Positions 14,390 to 26,730 are shown, counted from the whole stretch's first letter. The stretch: 63,688 nt of DNA, filler included, from Octopus bimaculoides (GCF_001194135.2; 6 parts of 6 records of this genome joined end to end with filler, not necessarily neighbours in it); one strand, 5' to 3'. The notes: generated from the sequence alone by a model not told the origin. A program made the numbers and translations.

Positions 14390-14600
14390 AGCCTCTGCAG
14401 TATGTTCGAAGATTGGATTACAGTTGGACAACTTTTTTTCATGAAGACTGCGCTATACGTGGAATCGATCCTATGGTCCTGTTATGTATCTCCAGTTTCA
14501 CTGACGAAAAGGTGATTTACTCCTCCACTACCGGCAGAGTTCGAGGCGTTTTCCCAATGTTTAGCCAACGCTAGGCTTGTGATTCCTGAAACGCGAAAAA
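14390..14600 (+). mobile_element. Degraded Tc1-like transposase fragment
   Basis: VRRL..., frameshifted HRRLRYTW, and FTDEKVIYSSTTGRVR resemble FxDESxFxLxxxxGRxRV. Confidence 0.35.
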
Positions 14601-15121
14601 GGCGCCGTTTTGCTGTTATTCCCTCCGTTACGTACAGATTAGAAGAGTTTAATTTAAATAAAATGTCAGTAGCAGCAATGATTTCGTTTCAAAATGATAA
14701 ACATGGCTGCTTTAAAATTTCGGTTTTTAATATAATTACAATCGGAAAGATAGATCTAAACTTTAAAAACAAAAAATAATTTTACAAATTACATTTCAAT
14801 ATGCAACACAATTCGTTATAGCATAGGATAAATAACGTTTAACATATTCATGACTGGAAGTAAATAGCATTATGTTAGCGATCGAAAATATATAAATGAT
14901 GTGTTATGTTGCATACAGAGAACGAACATATTAAATTAAACCTTTACGTCTGACATTGAAAAATATTTCAATATCTTCGGTAACAGATAATCAGATGATA
15001 AACTGAAATATACAAATAAAGTTGTAAACAAAACGACGGGGAGATTCTAAAGTTGTATTTAGCACTTAACATCAATATAAATATGTGTTCATAAATAAAT
15101 AAATGTGCATATATATATATA

Positions 15122-15165
<44 letters not shown>

Positions 15166-16199
15166 ATAATATATTAATATTAATATGAGGAATATTCGTG
15201 CAGGATATGGGGATCGGAAAATAAGTGTATACATACATATCTATACATATTTGTATATATATTTATGTATGTATGTATATATACTTTTATGTGTGTATAT
15301 ATATTTATATAAATACATATCTATCTATTTGTATATATATACACAACACATACACGCCCCCCCCCACATATATAAGGCAAATTTAGAATCAATTGGGTAT
15401 ATAATACCACTTGCAAAATCAGAGCCAAGGCTCGAAATCCACCATCAACACAATCCCGATACACACGGCCAATGTAATGAACGTATTAGAAATAGGGTTA
15501 CCTTTGCATTGAATACATCATTAAGTAATGTCTATTTCAATACCAATTGATCTCACCTTCTTCCTGTAATGGTTTGAACTTGCTGGCCACTTTATTATTA
15601 CCTCCAGCTTCCGTCTACCAAATCCACTCTCAAATAGTAGGATACATTTGCTGAAGTTGCCACGCAGTGGGACTGCACTCAGAACCCCGTTTTTGAGAAG
15701 CAATCTTCTTAGTACACAGCTACGTGTGAGCTTCTTTGTCGTTTGTATTTATGTGTGAATCAGTATATATGTATATGTGGTTATGTGCGTCTTTTAATGT
15801 CTCTACTCTGTATATGCACAATATGACAGAATCTTATAATTGAAAGAACAGAAGCTCTTTCTGCTTAATGCACAAAGAAATTTCATTAAAATTATTCTAA
15901 TAATAAATATCATCGAAAACATGTTAACATTACAAGAATTTCTGTTCCAAACTGATGTTTAATTTTATTAATTAGTTAATTGAATGATTAATTAATTAAA
16001 AGGTTTAAACAATTCATCCCTTTCCATGAATTTTCTTCTTTTTGTGTGCATTACATTTTGCAATTTGCGATTATGTTAAAACAAACAAACGTACAAGGTC
16101 AAAATATTCTTAAAAGTATTTCGCAATCCGAGATTTTAATCAAAATATATCGCATCTAATTGGATGTAACCTCTTTTCTGTGATTTTCCTATGATTCAT

Positions 16200-16660
16200 T
16201 CAATTGACGAAGAAAAGTATTACATTATTGTATTCAAAGACATATGGCATGTTAGATAGATAAAAGAAAAGTTCAAGCTTAGTTACTCCTCTGCATTCAT
16301 ATCCGTCTTTGCACTGGTATCTCTTGCAAACTGACCGTGGAACTGACCATATAATTCCCATATGGAGTAGGTTTTTCTCCTCTCCCGTTGGCTGTTCTTG
16401 ATCGGAATTCATGAGCACTTACAAGTTTGTTGTTTACCAAACATTCTGCCATGTTTCTTCTTTCACTATTGATGCAATCCCGTACGATAATCAGCCCACG
16501 TCCACCCTTATCTTCCTTCATATAAAACACGTGTACATTTGCCTCAGGGTGGAGGTCCCCATGCATTGTCATTGTCTTTCTGGTAGTGCGGTCGAGTTTG
16601 TCAATCTCCGCTTGTATCCATCTCCGGATGAATGCACTATAGCGGACAGCAGCAACAGCT
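16200..16660 (-). mobile_element. R4/Dong-like non-LTR retrotransposon remnant (post-RT region)
   Basis: Translates as AVAAVRYSAFIRRWIQAEIDKLDRTTRKTMTMHGDLHPEANVHVFYMKEDKGGRGLIIVRDC, then frameshifted HGQF. Matches the recalled R4/Dong motif RKLMTMHxALHPKADVDRLYLPRKxGGRGL. Confidence 0.8.
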
Positions 16661-16662
16661 TA

Positions 16663-16693
<31 letters not shown>

Positions 16694-17121
16694 CAAAATG
16701 CCTATCTAACAGAATGCTAAGAACGACATCGGCATTTCTTCTGTCTTTATTTTCTGTGTTCAGATTCTGTCGAAGTCACATTTGTCTTTTATCCTTTCGA
16801 GGTGGATGAGAGAATTAGTCCTTAGCACCTGGTCCCCCACCACTAGTCCCCACGCCTAAAAATTTCAGACCATGCGCCTATAATAAAATGAATTATTATT
16901 ATCATTTTCAATCAGTTATTTTGCAAAATTCTTCGACACAAAATGACTCGCCATATTCGTTCGAACTCCTCAGGTATTTAGTTCAGCTTCGCTTTGAGTT
17001 CCCAAAATGAAATAATGCACCAGTCAAATATCAGAATGGATGGCCTTGACTAGGCTCTCCCCTCAAAATTGCTAGTATTATGTGTAAATTAGAAACCTTT
17101 ACTATCATAATAAAAGTTCCT

Positions 17122-17300
17122 AAGGCTGGGAGCTGACAAAACCTATATCACACCGGGCGAAATGCTGCTAAATCATTAAGTTCTGACTTCAAATGCCATC
17201 GAGCTCGATTTTACATTCCACCCTTCAGGATCGATAAAATAAGTACCATTGGGTACCATTGTGCATTGGGGTCCATGTAAAAGACTAGTCCCCACCCCGC
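17122..17300 (+). mobile_element. SINE B (diverged)
   Basis: ccgggcgaaatgct...ttctgacttcaaat...gatcgataaaataagtacc. Confidence 0.65.
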
Positions 17301-17400
17301 NNNNNNNNNNNNNNNNNNNNNNNNNNNNNNNNNNNNNNNNNNNNTTAATTAATTAANNNNNNNNNNNNNNNNNNNNNNNNNNNNNNNNNNNNNNNNNNNN
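17301..17400. other. Artificial scaffold linker N44-TTAATTAATTAA-N44
   Basis: Identical 100-bp construct also at 22482-22581, 30169-30268, 36801-36900 and 59190-59289; the 12-mer has stop codons in all six frames. Confidence 0.97.
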
Positions 17401-17450
<50 letters not shown>

Positions 17451-17452
<2 letters not shown>

Positions 17453-17610
17453 CGATGGGTTTCTTTCAGTTTCTGTCTACCAAATCCACTTACAAGGCTT
17501 TGGGTGGCCCAAGGCTATAATAGAAGGCACTTGCTCATGGTGCTACACAGTGGGACTGAACCCAGAACCATGTGGTAAGGAAGCAAGCTTATTACCACAC
17601 GGTCATGCCT
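17451..17610 (-). mobile_element. SINE A 5' half
   Basis: ttctttcagtttctgtctaccaaatccac...gggactgaacccagaaccatgtgg. Confidence 0.85.
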
Positions 17611-18061
17611 GGGAACAAAAAGAACAAAATGATTTAAGTGTTACATCCTTACTAAGTACCATATTTAAGAGTCACAGCTCAGGCTGAATCAATTTATTGA
17701 ATTTTATGTGAATTCTATAGAGGGGAACCACAAATGCAGCTTAGCTTCTTCTGATATGCTTGTTGTTAGTGTTGTTGTTGTTGTTAATACATCTGGGTAT
17801 GTTTCACAAAGTGGGTTTGTTGTTTATGATAAATTGAAGACAGGAAAGGAGAATTTAAATTGAATTAGAGAAATGACTAAATAGACACACATATACATAT
17901 ATATAAGCTTACTGATTCCTTCAGCTTCACTTCAAATGGCAGTAAATAATGGACTGTGATGAAACTGTACTGAAAATGGCATGAGGAGGTTGCATGTTTA
18001 ACAATGTGAAGTTGATGCAGCTGAAATGCATGTCGGTACAAGAAAGAATGCTGTAAATAAC

Positions 18062-18474
18062 TTTTTAATTCTTTAATTTGCTTCAGTCATTTGACTGTGG
18101 CCATGCTGGAGCACCACATTTAGTCGAACAAATTGACCCCAGGATTTATTCTTTGTAAGCTTAGTACTTATCCTATCAGTTTCTTTTGCCGAACTGCTAA
18201 GTTATGGGGATGTAAACACACCAACATCGGTTGTAAAGTGATAGTGGGAAGATAAACACAGACACACAAACATACACACATGCACGCAAACACACACACA
18301 CACACAAATATTTATATGATGGGCTTCTTTCAGTTTCTGTCTACCAAATCCACTCACAAAGCATTGGTCGGCCTGAGGCTATAGTAGAAGACACTTGACC
18401 AAGGTGCCATGCAGTGGGACTGAACCTGGAACCATGTGGTTGGTAAGCAAGCTATGTACCACACAGCCACACCT
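18062..18474 (-). mobile_element. Full-length SINE A, CpG-depleted
   Basis: Reverse complement of the 2004-2393 structure, with CpG changed to TpG/CpA at many family sites. Confidence 0.9.
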
Positions 18475-18484
18475 GTTTAATAAA

Positions 18485-18570
18485 ATTATAAATGTGGAAA
18501 TCATAGTTAATTGATCTTCCTGTATTTTCTTTTGTCCAAAATCAAGAACTTTTGAGTACCCCCTAGTGTA
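18485..18570 (-). mobile_element. Mariner-like element end (single TIR)
   Basis: Reverse complement reads tacactagggggtactcaaaagttcttg...aaagaaaatacagg. Confidence 0.4.
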
Positions 18571-18675
18571 TGTGTGTATGTGTGAATATATATATATATA
18601 TGTTTATATATATATATATATGTATATATGTATATATATGTATATATATATATGTATATATGTATATACATAGAT

Positions 18676-18760
<85 letters not shown>

Positions 18761-19526
18761 GAGAGAAAGAATGTGAGTTAGAGAGATAGAATGAGAGAGA
18801 GAACAAACAACCTGTCATAAGTGTTGACACATGGACAAAAAACTCCTGGACCAATACATACATTCACAAACACATATGTATACATACACACATATATTTG
18901 TACACATCCAAGTAGAAGATAAAATTCTCAGGAATATGTATATGCATATATTCACAAGCATATGCACAAATACAAATGCATGCATGCACAGACAGTTATA
19001 TACACATACACACACATAACAGACACACACACACTGTCATACATACACACACACAGATACACACAGAAACATAGATATACACACACAAAAAATACATGCA
19101 CACATATAAGAATACACATAGATATACATAAGCATGCACATCCATACATACACAAACACATACATGCATACACACACACAGACACATAAATCTACACATA
19201 TAAACATACTCACAGACATACACACAGACATACTCACACAGACACACACAAACACATACACACACACAAGCATGCATACATGTATGCTTTAACATCCATA
19301 CAGAGAAGAATATCTGGTAATACGAAAACTTGAATACATACACACATGCATACACACATACATAAACAGACATGCATGTGCACACACACACACATGCATG
19401 CATACAGACATGTGCACATTCACATAGAGTAATACAGTGATGAATGAGAAAATGTAAATGTGCATACACACACACATACATACATACATACATACATACA
19501 CATTCACACATAAACATATAAATATC

Positions 19527-19755
19527 ATAACAGTCTAGCATTCAGATTACTCTATTGAATGTAATGCTTATCTATTCACGTTGCTTCAAATTAATCATGC
19601 ATTACCTTGTAGCTTTGAGATTTCAATGATGTGATTATTTATTCTCAGAGTGCCCTCGCAGGATGAGTTTGAGAAGCCAGATCTGGCCAGTTTGAATATA
19701 AAACCCAGTAGAATGTTTGAGCCCGATATGGCCAGTTTAAATGTGAAAGGGTGAA
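19527..19755. mobile_element. Uninterrupted copy of the same piggyBac-like MITE
   Basis: tagcattcagattactct...aattaatcatgcatta...ggccagtttaaatgtgaaagggtgaa. Confidence 0.5.
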
Positions 19756-19929
19756 AGTGCACATACATCACTTAGAATAAACAGATGGATCAGAAAGCTT
19801 GGACACACACACACGCATGCACGCATGTGCACGCAGACACACACACTCTCTCTCTCTCTCTCTTTCTCTCCTATGGATTTGAATGCATCATGAAATCCAA
19901 AATCTAGTATCCACCCTGCAGAAGAAACT

Positions 19930-20500
19930 TCCTCTGCAATGAAGGTTTACAGTTATACTTTGGGTGAACAGTTAGCAGTACCACATGCTGTGACACCTTC
20001 TCCAGCGGCAACTTCGTGTGTCCAGCTTCCAGCCCAGGCTCCACTGCTTGTCAGGCTTAGAAAGGCAAACTCTCAAGGTATCATCAGTCACATTCTGACA
20101 GGCCTGTGGTCGAGCTTGTGGCAGTGAGGACCTCTGGTCTTCTTAGCCCCTGCACCATCTCTCTGCTCACTGCTATTGAGGCAGAGATAGCTGTTTGCTA
20201 GTGCAACTAGGTGTATTCAACTACCAGCCCAGGCTCTGCTACTCGTCAAGCAGAGAAAAGCAAACTGTCAAAGTATCGGTTGGTCACTCTGATAGGTTTA
20301 TAGTTGAGCCTATGACAGTGGAAACCTCCAACATTCTTGGATCCCCAGACCATATCATGACTCACCACTCTCTGCGTGGAGATGGGTGTCCACAAGTTCA
20401 AGTACATGTGTCAGAGTGGCTGTTCCAGTGCATCTTCCTCACCATCCTCCCTGGGCAACACCTTTCCCATTTTGTCTGCTGGGACTGTGAGATGGTCTGA
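19930..20500 (+). mobile_element. CRE-like non-LTR retrotransposon 3' remnant (restriction-like endonuclease) with internal tandem duplication
   Basis: Reads TCCDTFSSGN...SPGSTACQA*KGKLSRY...VELVAVRTSGLLSP, then SPGSATRQAEKSKLSKY...FIVEPMTVETSNILGSP...EWLFQCIFLTIL/GNTFPILSA. Matches the recalled RLE pattern D(A/V)TCxDT...AExxKxxKY...PxAVETxG...WLxQRxSxAxxRGN. Confidence 0.7.
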
Positions 20501-21320
20501 ATTACCAAAAATCAAGAGAATGTGAGAATTTCGTAGAATACTACCCATAGTTGGTCTTTATATGATTATTATAAATATCATTGTGGAATCCTCAACGTCG
20601 TAAGCGACGGAGTGCCAACAACCAAATATCATTATTGTTATTCTAATAAACCTCACTAGTGATTAGGTAACCTAAGACACCAAAACACTCCTTCTAACAA
20701 CAGGAGAGTCATGAACTACCTGAAATCTAAATGCCACAGTGGGTTTTCCTCTTAGGAAGTGTCTCCAAAGCCTTTGTTTTCTTACTTTCATATATTCCCT
20801 TGCAAGGCAGCAAAGTAGTGCAGAGAGATAGTCTTCTTCACCGCAATGGTTAAGAAGCCTTATCTACTCTTGCTACTGCTCTAGTTAGATATTATGACAT
20901 ATACTAGTGAACTCACAAAGTGGTTTTACAAGCATTACATTACACTTGTTCACTATCTCACATTTTACTATGACCCACTGTCCACCCACTCACATCATAC
21001 TCTATTGCTAGAGGAGCATTGACCTTATGACAGGTCAGTTTGTCCTTTTAACAGATCTGGTTTTTATCGCAAGCCTCTTTTCACTAAGTTAACCTGGTTA
21101 AGAAATTTGGGGTTTTTCCTCATTAACGATGAGAACCAAGTAACTAGTTATACTGGATTACACCTTACCAGTAGCACTCAAGTGACCTAACACAATTACA
21201 AATGAATACACACATGCATTACGGATATACACATGCACTCATAAATACATGGACATTCACACTTAAGGATCATCATCATCACCACCCTCATCATCATCAA
21301 CATTGTCACTGTTGCCACTG

Positions 21321-21351
<31 letters not shown>

Positions 21352-21719
21352 TTTAATGTCCACTTTCTCATGCTTTCACAGGGTGGATGAAAATTGTTGA
21401 GACAGATTTTCTCCAACTGTATACTCTTACAGTTGCTAACCCTTGCCTGCTTCCAAGCAAGTCAATATTTCCCCCCATGGCCAAATACGCTTCATGGTGG
21501 TTTAGAAAAACGAAGGACATTGCTTGCATGAATTTTAATGCTCGTTTATGACAGTCACACATTACCAAGACAAAGAGACATACCCCACCACATAATACAT
21601 TATACATAAACACATACGCACACATAGACACACACATACATACATACATACATACATATACATATGTGCGCATGTGCGTGTGTGTGTGTGTGTGTGTTAT
21701 GTGATCCTTTTGTTTTCCA

Positions 21720-22300
21720 TCTACGAAATCGACTCGCAAGCTTTGGTCAGGCTGGAGCTATAATAGAAGACATTTGCCCAAGGTAGCATTCACAGGGACT
21801 GAACCTGAAATCATGTGGTTAGGAAGTGAACTTCTTAAGCACACATTCCTGCCTGGGCCTGGGTCTGGATATCTACTTAATGTCACACTCATATACGCTG
21901 AACCACATGTCATCTAGTGTTGTTGTTGCTGTTGTTGTTGGTGGTGGTAGTGGTGATGGTGGTGGTGGTGGTGGTGGTGGTGGTTGTGTGGTGGTGGTTG
22001 TGGTGGCAGTAAGAAAACGAAACCAGACCATACACAATATATAAACACAAACATGCATATACAATATGCATATATATATATAAATATATATATTCTTTTA
22101 CTTGTTTCAGTCATTTGACTGCAGCCATGCTGGAGCACCACCTTTAGTCAAACAAATCGACCCCAGGACTTATTCTTTGTAAGCCTAGTACTTGTTCTAT
22201 CAGTCTCTTTTCGCTGACCCACTAAGGTACGGTGACGCAAAACACCAGCCTCAGTTGTCAAGCGATGGTGGTGGGGGACAAACACTGACACAAATAGCAA
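21720..22300 (-). mobile_element. SINE A halves separated by simple repeats
   Basis: Head at about 21720-21850; tail at about 22090-22300 (cagtcatttgactgcagccatgctggagcacc). Confidence 0.75.
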
Positions 22301-23213
22301 ATATGTACACACATGCATATATCAATATCTATAAATATATCAATATCTATAAAACAGGGGATGTTTGTGTGTGTGTGTGTGTACGTGAATGTGGTTTATG
22401 CACATCCACAAATTAGCACGCATGTCGCTCCAATTTTAGGAGAAGATTCGGAATGACCCTATGTGCATTTTAGTGAACTTTNNNNNNNNNNNNNNNNNNN
22501 NNNNNNNNNNNNNNNNNNNNNNNNNTTAATTAATTAANNNNNNNNNNNNNNNNNNNNNNNNNNNNNNNNNNNNNNNNNNNNTATATATATATAGTATACG
22601 CATGTATATCTGTATACGTCTGTATGCGTTCGTGTCTAACATATGGGGTAATCTCAGAGTCAAAAGCCGATACTTGCCTTTTGTTGAATATTTCAACAGA
22701 TGAACATGTTCTTTTCTCTTTCATTTTTTTTTTGTGTTTGTTTAATTATGTCTGTTGACTCCATACCATTATGTACAGAACATAAAATTTGTATAAATAT
22801 ATTTGCCTTTATCTTTGATTCATAAAGAGATCTTTATACTTACACGCTTTCAGACAACTAACCCTTTACAAATTTCAGACACTTGTATTCTAATTCCACT
22901 GCATATTCTTCAAATAATGCAAACGTAAATTTCATAATCACACAATTGCGCATACAGAGGTTATTTCTATAATGTTGACTTTTACTGGTATCTTTATCAA
23001 AACAGCCTTATAAACAAGGGACGTCCAGAATCCTTTTTTTAAAAAATATTTTGTATTTTATTCCTTAAATCCTTCTCATTTCGTATTTAATGACTACATA
23101 ATAACAAGTACTATTCCCCATTTGATATCTTTTCTCAAAATATGATTCCATGTTCCACATCAATAGAGATAGAAAATCGCTGTGTCTTCATATCTGATCC
23201 CACAACTGAAATG

Positions 23214-23298
<85 letters not shown>

Positions 23299-23489
23299 CA
23301 CATATTTATACACGCGCACACACACATATACACACAGATATTCACATCTCAGATCGTTATTGTAATATTTTCTGATACAGAGACCTTTGGACTGTATATA
23401 CGCATATACATACTTACGCACATGAACATAAAATTCTGTGTGTGTGTGTTTATATATAAGTATGTACACATACTACACACATACATATA

Positions 23490-23680
23490 TAACACCAAGA
23501 CTCCGAGTTCGATTCCAGGCAGTGACCTGAATAATAATAACATCAAAAAATATCTTAGGAATGAGAAACCAGGTTTGAAATTTCCCCCTGATAAAGGCTT
23601 GAGAGTATATCAGCCGAAACGTTGTGTTAACAACAAACAAAATGAGGACAAATATCCGTCAAATATAAATAATGTAAACA
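23490..23680 (+). mobile_element. Repeat with a Pol III B-box and a degenerate hammerhead motif (second family)
   Basis: B-box GAGTTCGATTCC at 23505-16. CTGATAA-A-GGCT...AGCC-GAAAC-GTT at 23588-23623, with G8 changed to A and stem I unpaired. Confidence 0.4.
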
Positions 23681-23683
23681 ATC

Positions 23684-23714
<31 letters not shown>

Positions 23715-23788
23715 CTATATTACTATAAATATGTACATGTATATATTCATGTATATATGTATACGTAACATATATATATATATACATG

Positions 23789-23836
<48 letters not shown>

Positions 23837-23841
<5 letters not shown>

Positions 23842-24104
23842 GTAAAAATATGTGACACCTATTCAGTAGCCATGATAAAATTTCGAGTTCCGGATGCCAG
23901 GGTGGGAGCCCACGCCAACATCTCTTCAATTATCCGGCCAATTGAAAATTCCTGTGAAAAATATAAAATATATAAAAGATTTTTCACAGGAATTTTCAAT
24001 TGTCCGGATAACTGAAGAGATGTTGGCGTGGGCTCCCACCCTGGCATCCGGAACTCGAAGTTTTATCATGGCTACTGAATAAGTGTCACATATTTTTACA
24101 GATA
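23837..24104. repeat. Near-perfect foldback inverted repeat (126-bp arms, 16-nt spacer)
   Basis: Arms 23837-23962 and 23979-24104 are reverse complements with 4 mismatches (left-arm positions 23859, 23881, 23929, 23938). Explains the mirror ORFs 23859- and 23894+. Confidence 0.97.
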
Positions 24105-24619
24105 AAATCCTCTATTTGCATAATATCGAGGTCTTTTTCTTTCTTTTGTTGTTATTCCTGTCTATATATATATATATATATATATATAACATGGCTGCAA
24201 CCTCATGGCTGAAGCCTATAACAGAATTAAAAAAACTATAGGGTTAAAGATGCATACATTGATACATGCATTTATACATTCCAGCTATTGCGGTAAGAAA
24301 AGTGAGTAACTGATAGAGTTTTCAGCTTCTCTTATCATTCCCTTTGTAATCTCTAAACAAAAGTTACCACGCTGTGAAGAGATTAGAATCAATTCAAGCT
24401 GTGGTACATTTAGATTTGTTTGTAACGGATTTATTTATTATAAGTTGTTATTTCTGTTGTGTTTGTGATATTCCAATATAAACCGTTTTAAAAGTCACCT
24501 GATATCAGAAATTAAGAATCGCATTTTATATGTAAAATATTTAAAACGTATTCAGTGTTATATATTCAGGTTGTTGTTGCTTGAACCGAATTGTTTGGTT
24601 TTGTGAAACCTCTAAATAC

Positions 24620-25113
24620 TTAATCATTTAGTATTCAGATTACTCTACCAAATGTTTACACTCATTTATTCACTTCGTTTTGAATTAATCATGCATTATC
24701 TTTTACTACCAGGATTTCTATGATATGACTGTTTTGTTTTTTCTTTCAGAATAAACTTGAAGGGTAAGTGCAAGAGGCTGGATATAGCCAGTTTTGAACA
24801 TAAAACGGGTAGAATATTTAATTTTTTTTTTATTAGCTACAGGGGGCTAAACATAGAGGGGACAAACAAGGACAGACAAAGAGATTAAATCGATTACATC
24901 GACCCCCAGTGTGTAACTAGTACTTATTTAGTCGACCCCGAAAGGACGAAAGGCAAAGTCGACCTCGGCGGAATTTGAACTCAGAACGTAAGGGCAGACG
25001 AAATACCGCTAAGCACTTTGCCCGGCGTGCTAACGTTTCTGCTAGCTCGCCGCCCTTAAAACGGGTAGAATATTAAAGCCGGATATATAGCCTGTTTAAA
25101 TGCTAATGGTGTA
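24620..25113. mobile_element. piggyBac-like (TTAA-ended) MITE interrupted by a SINE B
   Basis: Ends ttaatcatttagtattcagattactct and tttaaatgctaatggtgta; body homologous to 19527-19755. Confidence 0.5.
24819..25056 (-). mobile_element. Full-length SINE B with 18-bp target-site duplication
   Basis: TAAAACGGGTAGAATATT at 24801-18 and 25057-74. tRNA-like head with GAGTTCAAATTCC box, cctttcgtcctttcggggtcgac core, A-rich tail. Confidence 0.9.
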
Positions 25114-25689
25114 TTTTTCTTTATGTAGGTGGTGGGATTGGAGCCTGCAAAATCGGAAGACGCTGAAACACGTACCAGATGTGAGAAAAATTTCAAGGTG
25201 GGGTTTACATCAAGGGAACAAAGACAGTCTCAATAGAAAGCAACAGATATAAACTGGCACTCAGTCAGTTACGATAACAAAAGTTCCAGTTGATCTGATC
25301 AATGAAACAGTCTGCTCGCGAAATAAGAGGTTCAAAGGCGGTAGAGATTTGTAAGAGACGATGGGAGATGTGGGAGGGAGAGGGACGCTGGTCTATCGCA
25401 GGATTACGCATTTTTTTTTGATGAACACGGACCGGAACAACGGGAATTGAGGTGTTTAGCTCATAAGCAAAAAAAAAAAAAACCCAAAAAACAACGCATC
25501 GACCAGTCCAGGAATCGAAACCACAATATTACAATCATGTCCAGCCCCCTAAACACTAAGGCATGCGCTTCCATCTTCCTACTATTACCAAAACTCAAAC
25601 ACTACACTCCACACAAAAATAACTTAAACGGCTATTGAACCGGCCAGAAAAATAGCACTCAATATACATGAAACAGAAACCAATGAAAA

Positions 25690-25997
25690 ACTGGCACTCC
25701 ATCGGTTGCGACGATACGAGTTCCAGTTGATCCGGTCAACAGAACAGCCTACTAGTGAAATTAACGTGCAAGTGGCCGAGCACTCCACAGACGTAGTTCT
25801 CAGGGAGATTCAGCATGACACAGAATGTGATAAGGTTGGCTCTTTGAGATACAGGTACTGCCCATTTTTGCCAGCTGAATGGACTGGAATAACGTGAAAT
25901 AAAGCGTCTTGCTCAAGGACAAAATGCGCCGACGGGAATTGAACTCGGGACCTTACGATCGTGAATCGAATACCCTAACCACTAAGCCACGCGCCTT
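25690..25997 (-). mobile_element. SINE with a different head and CORE-like body but the SINE C 3' half
   Basis: Head ggcgcgtggcttagtggttaggg...gagttcaattccc; body ccttgagcaagacgctttatttcac; tail cacttgcacgttaatttcac...tcaactggaac...gagtgcca. Confidence 0.75.
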
Positions 25998-26569
25998 CAA
26001 TATAGGCATAATAAAAACATGTTTTGAAATGCTACTCTGTGTGGCTAAGAAACTCTCCTTTGCAACCATGTGATTTCAGGTTCAGTCTCACTGCAAAGTA
26101 CCTAGTCTTCTACTTTGGTTCCAAGTCTCTGAAAACGGGTCTGAAGCAAACTGTTATAAAGATAGTCGCATGGACAGTGTTAATCGATTCAGTCGAAAGT
26201 TTCGAACTGATCCAAATTGACCAACATTCTGTCAAAGTCAGATCGATTCCCGACTTGCGATGTATAAGAAGTGATTTTGTCTTCGTATTTTGTTTCCTTC
26301 CTGACATAATGATTGCTACCTTTTGTTTTTTCTCTAGACATTTTTCAACTTCTGTCGGAGATAAGTGCTATAATTTCCAGTCTCCTTGATATCTTCTTGG
26401 CAGAAATCGCAATAGCTCCATGGCATGCAAGAAAGTTCTTGCACTTTTAAACCGTCGTTGTCTTGTCCTTTGAACGCTTTTGTTGTCATCGCTTCAGGAA
26501 GAAACATTTTCTTTTTTATAGTTTTGTCGTCGTCATCATTGTTGCTGTTGCTGCTGCTTCTGCTGTCAT

Positions 26570-26607
26570 CGTCATCGTCGTCGTTGTTGTTGTTGTTGTT
26601 GTTGTTC

Positions 26608-26645
<38 letters not shown>

Positions 26646-26730
26646 CTTCTTCTTCTTCTTCTTCTTCTTCTTCTTCTTCTTCTTCTTCTTCTTCTTCTTC
26701 TTCTTCTTCTTCTTCTTCTTCTTCTTCCTG
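26570..26730. repeat. (GTT)n-(TTC)n compound trinucleotide microsatellite
   Basis: Direct reading. Confidence 0.95.

Noticed and set aside
17345-17356. TTAATTAATTAA recurring five times
   Set aside because: It is always centred in N44...N44, so it is an assembly linker. The TTAATTAA at 63672-79 is an ordinary chance site.
23859-24082. Twin 62-aa ORFs on opposite strands
   Set aside because: They are a direct consequence of the inverted repeat; no coding evidence.
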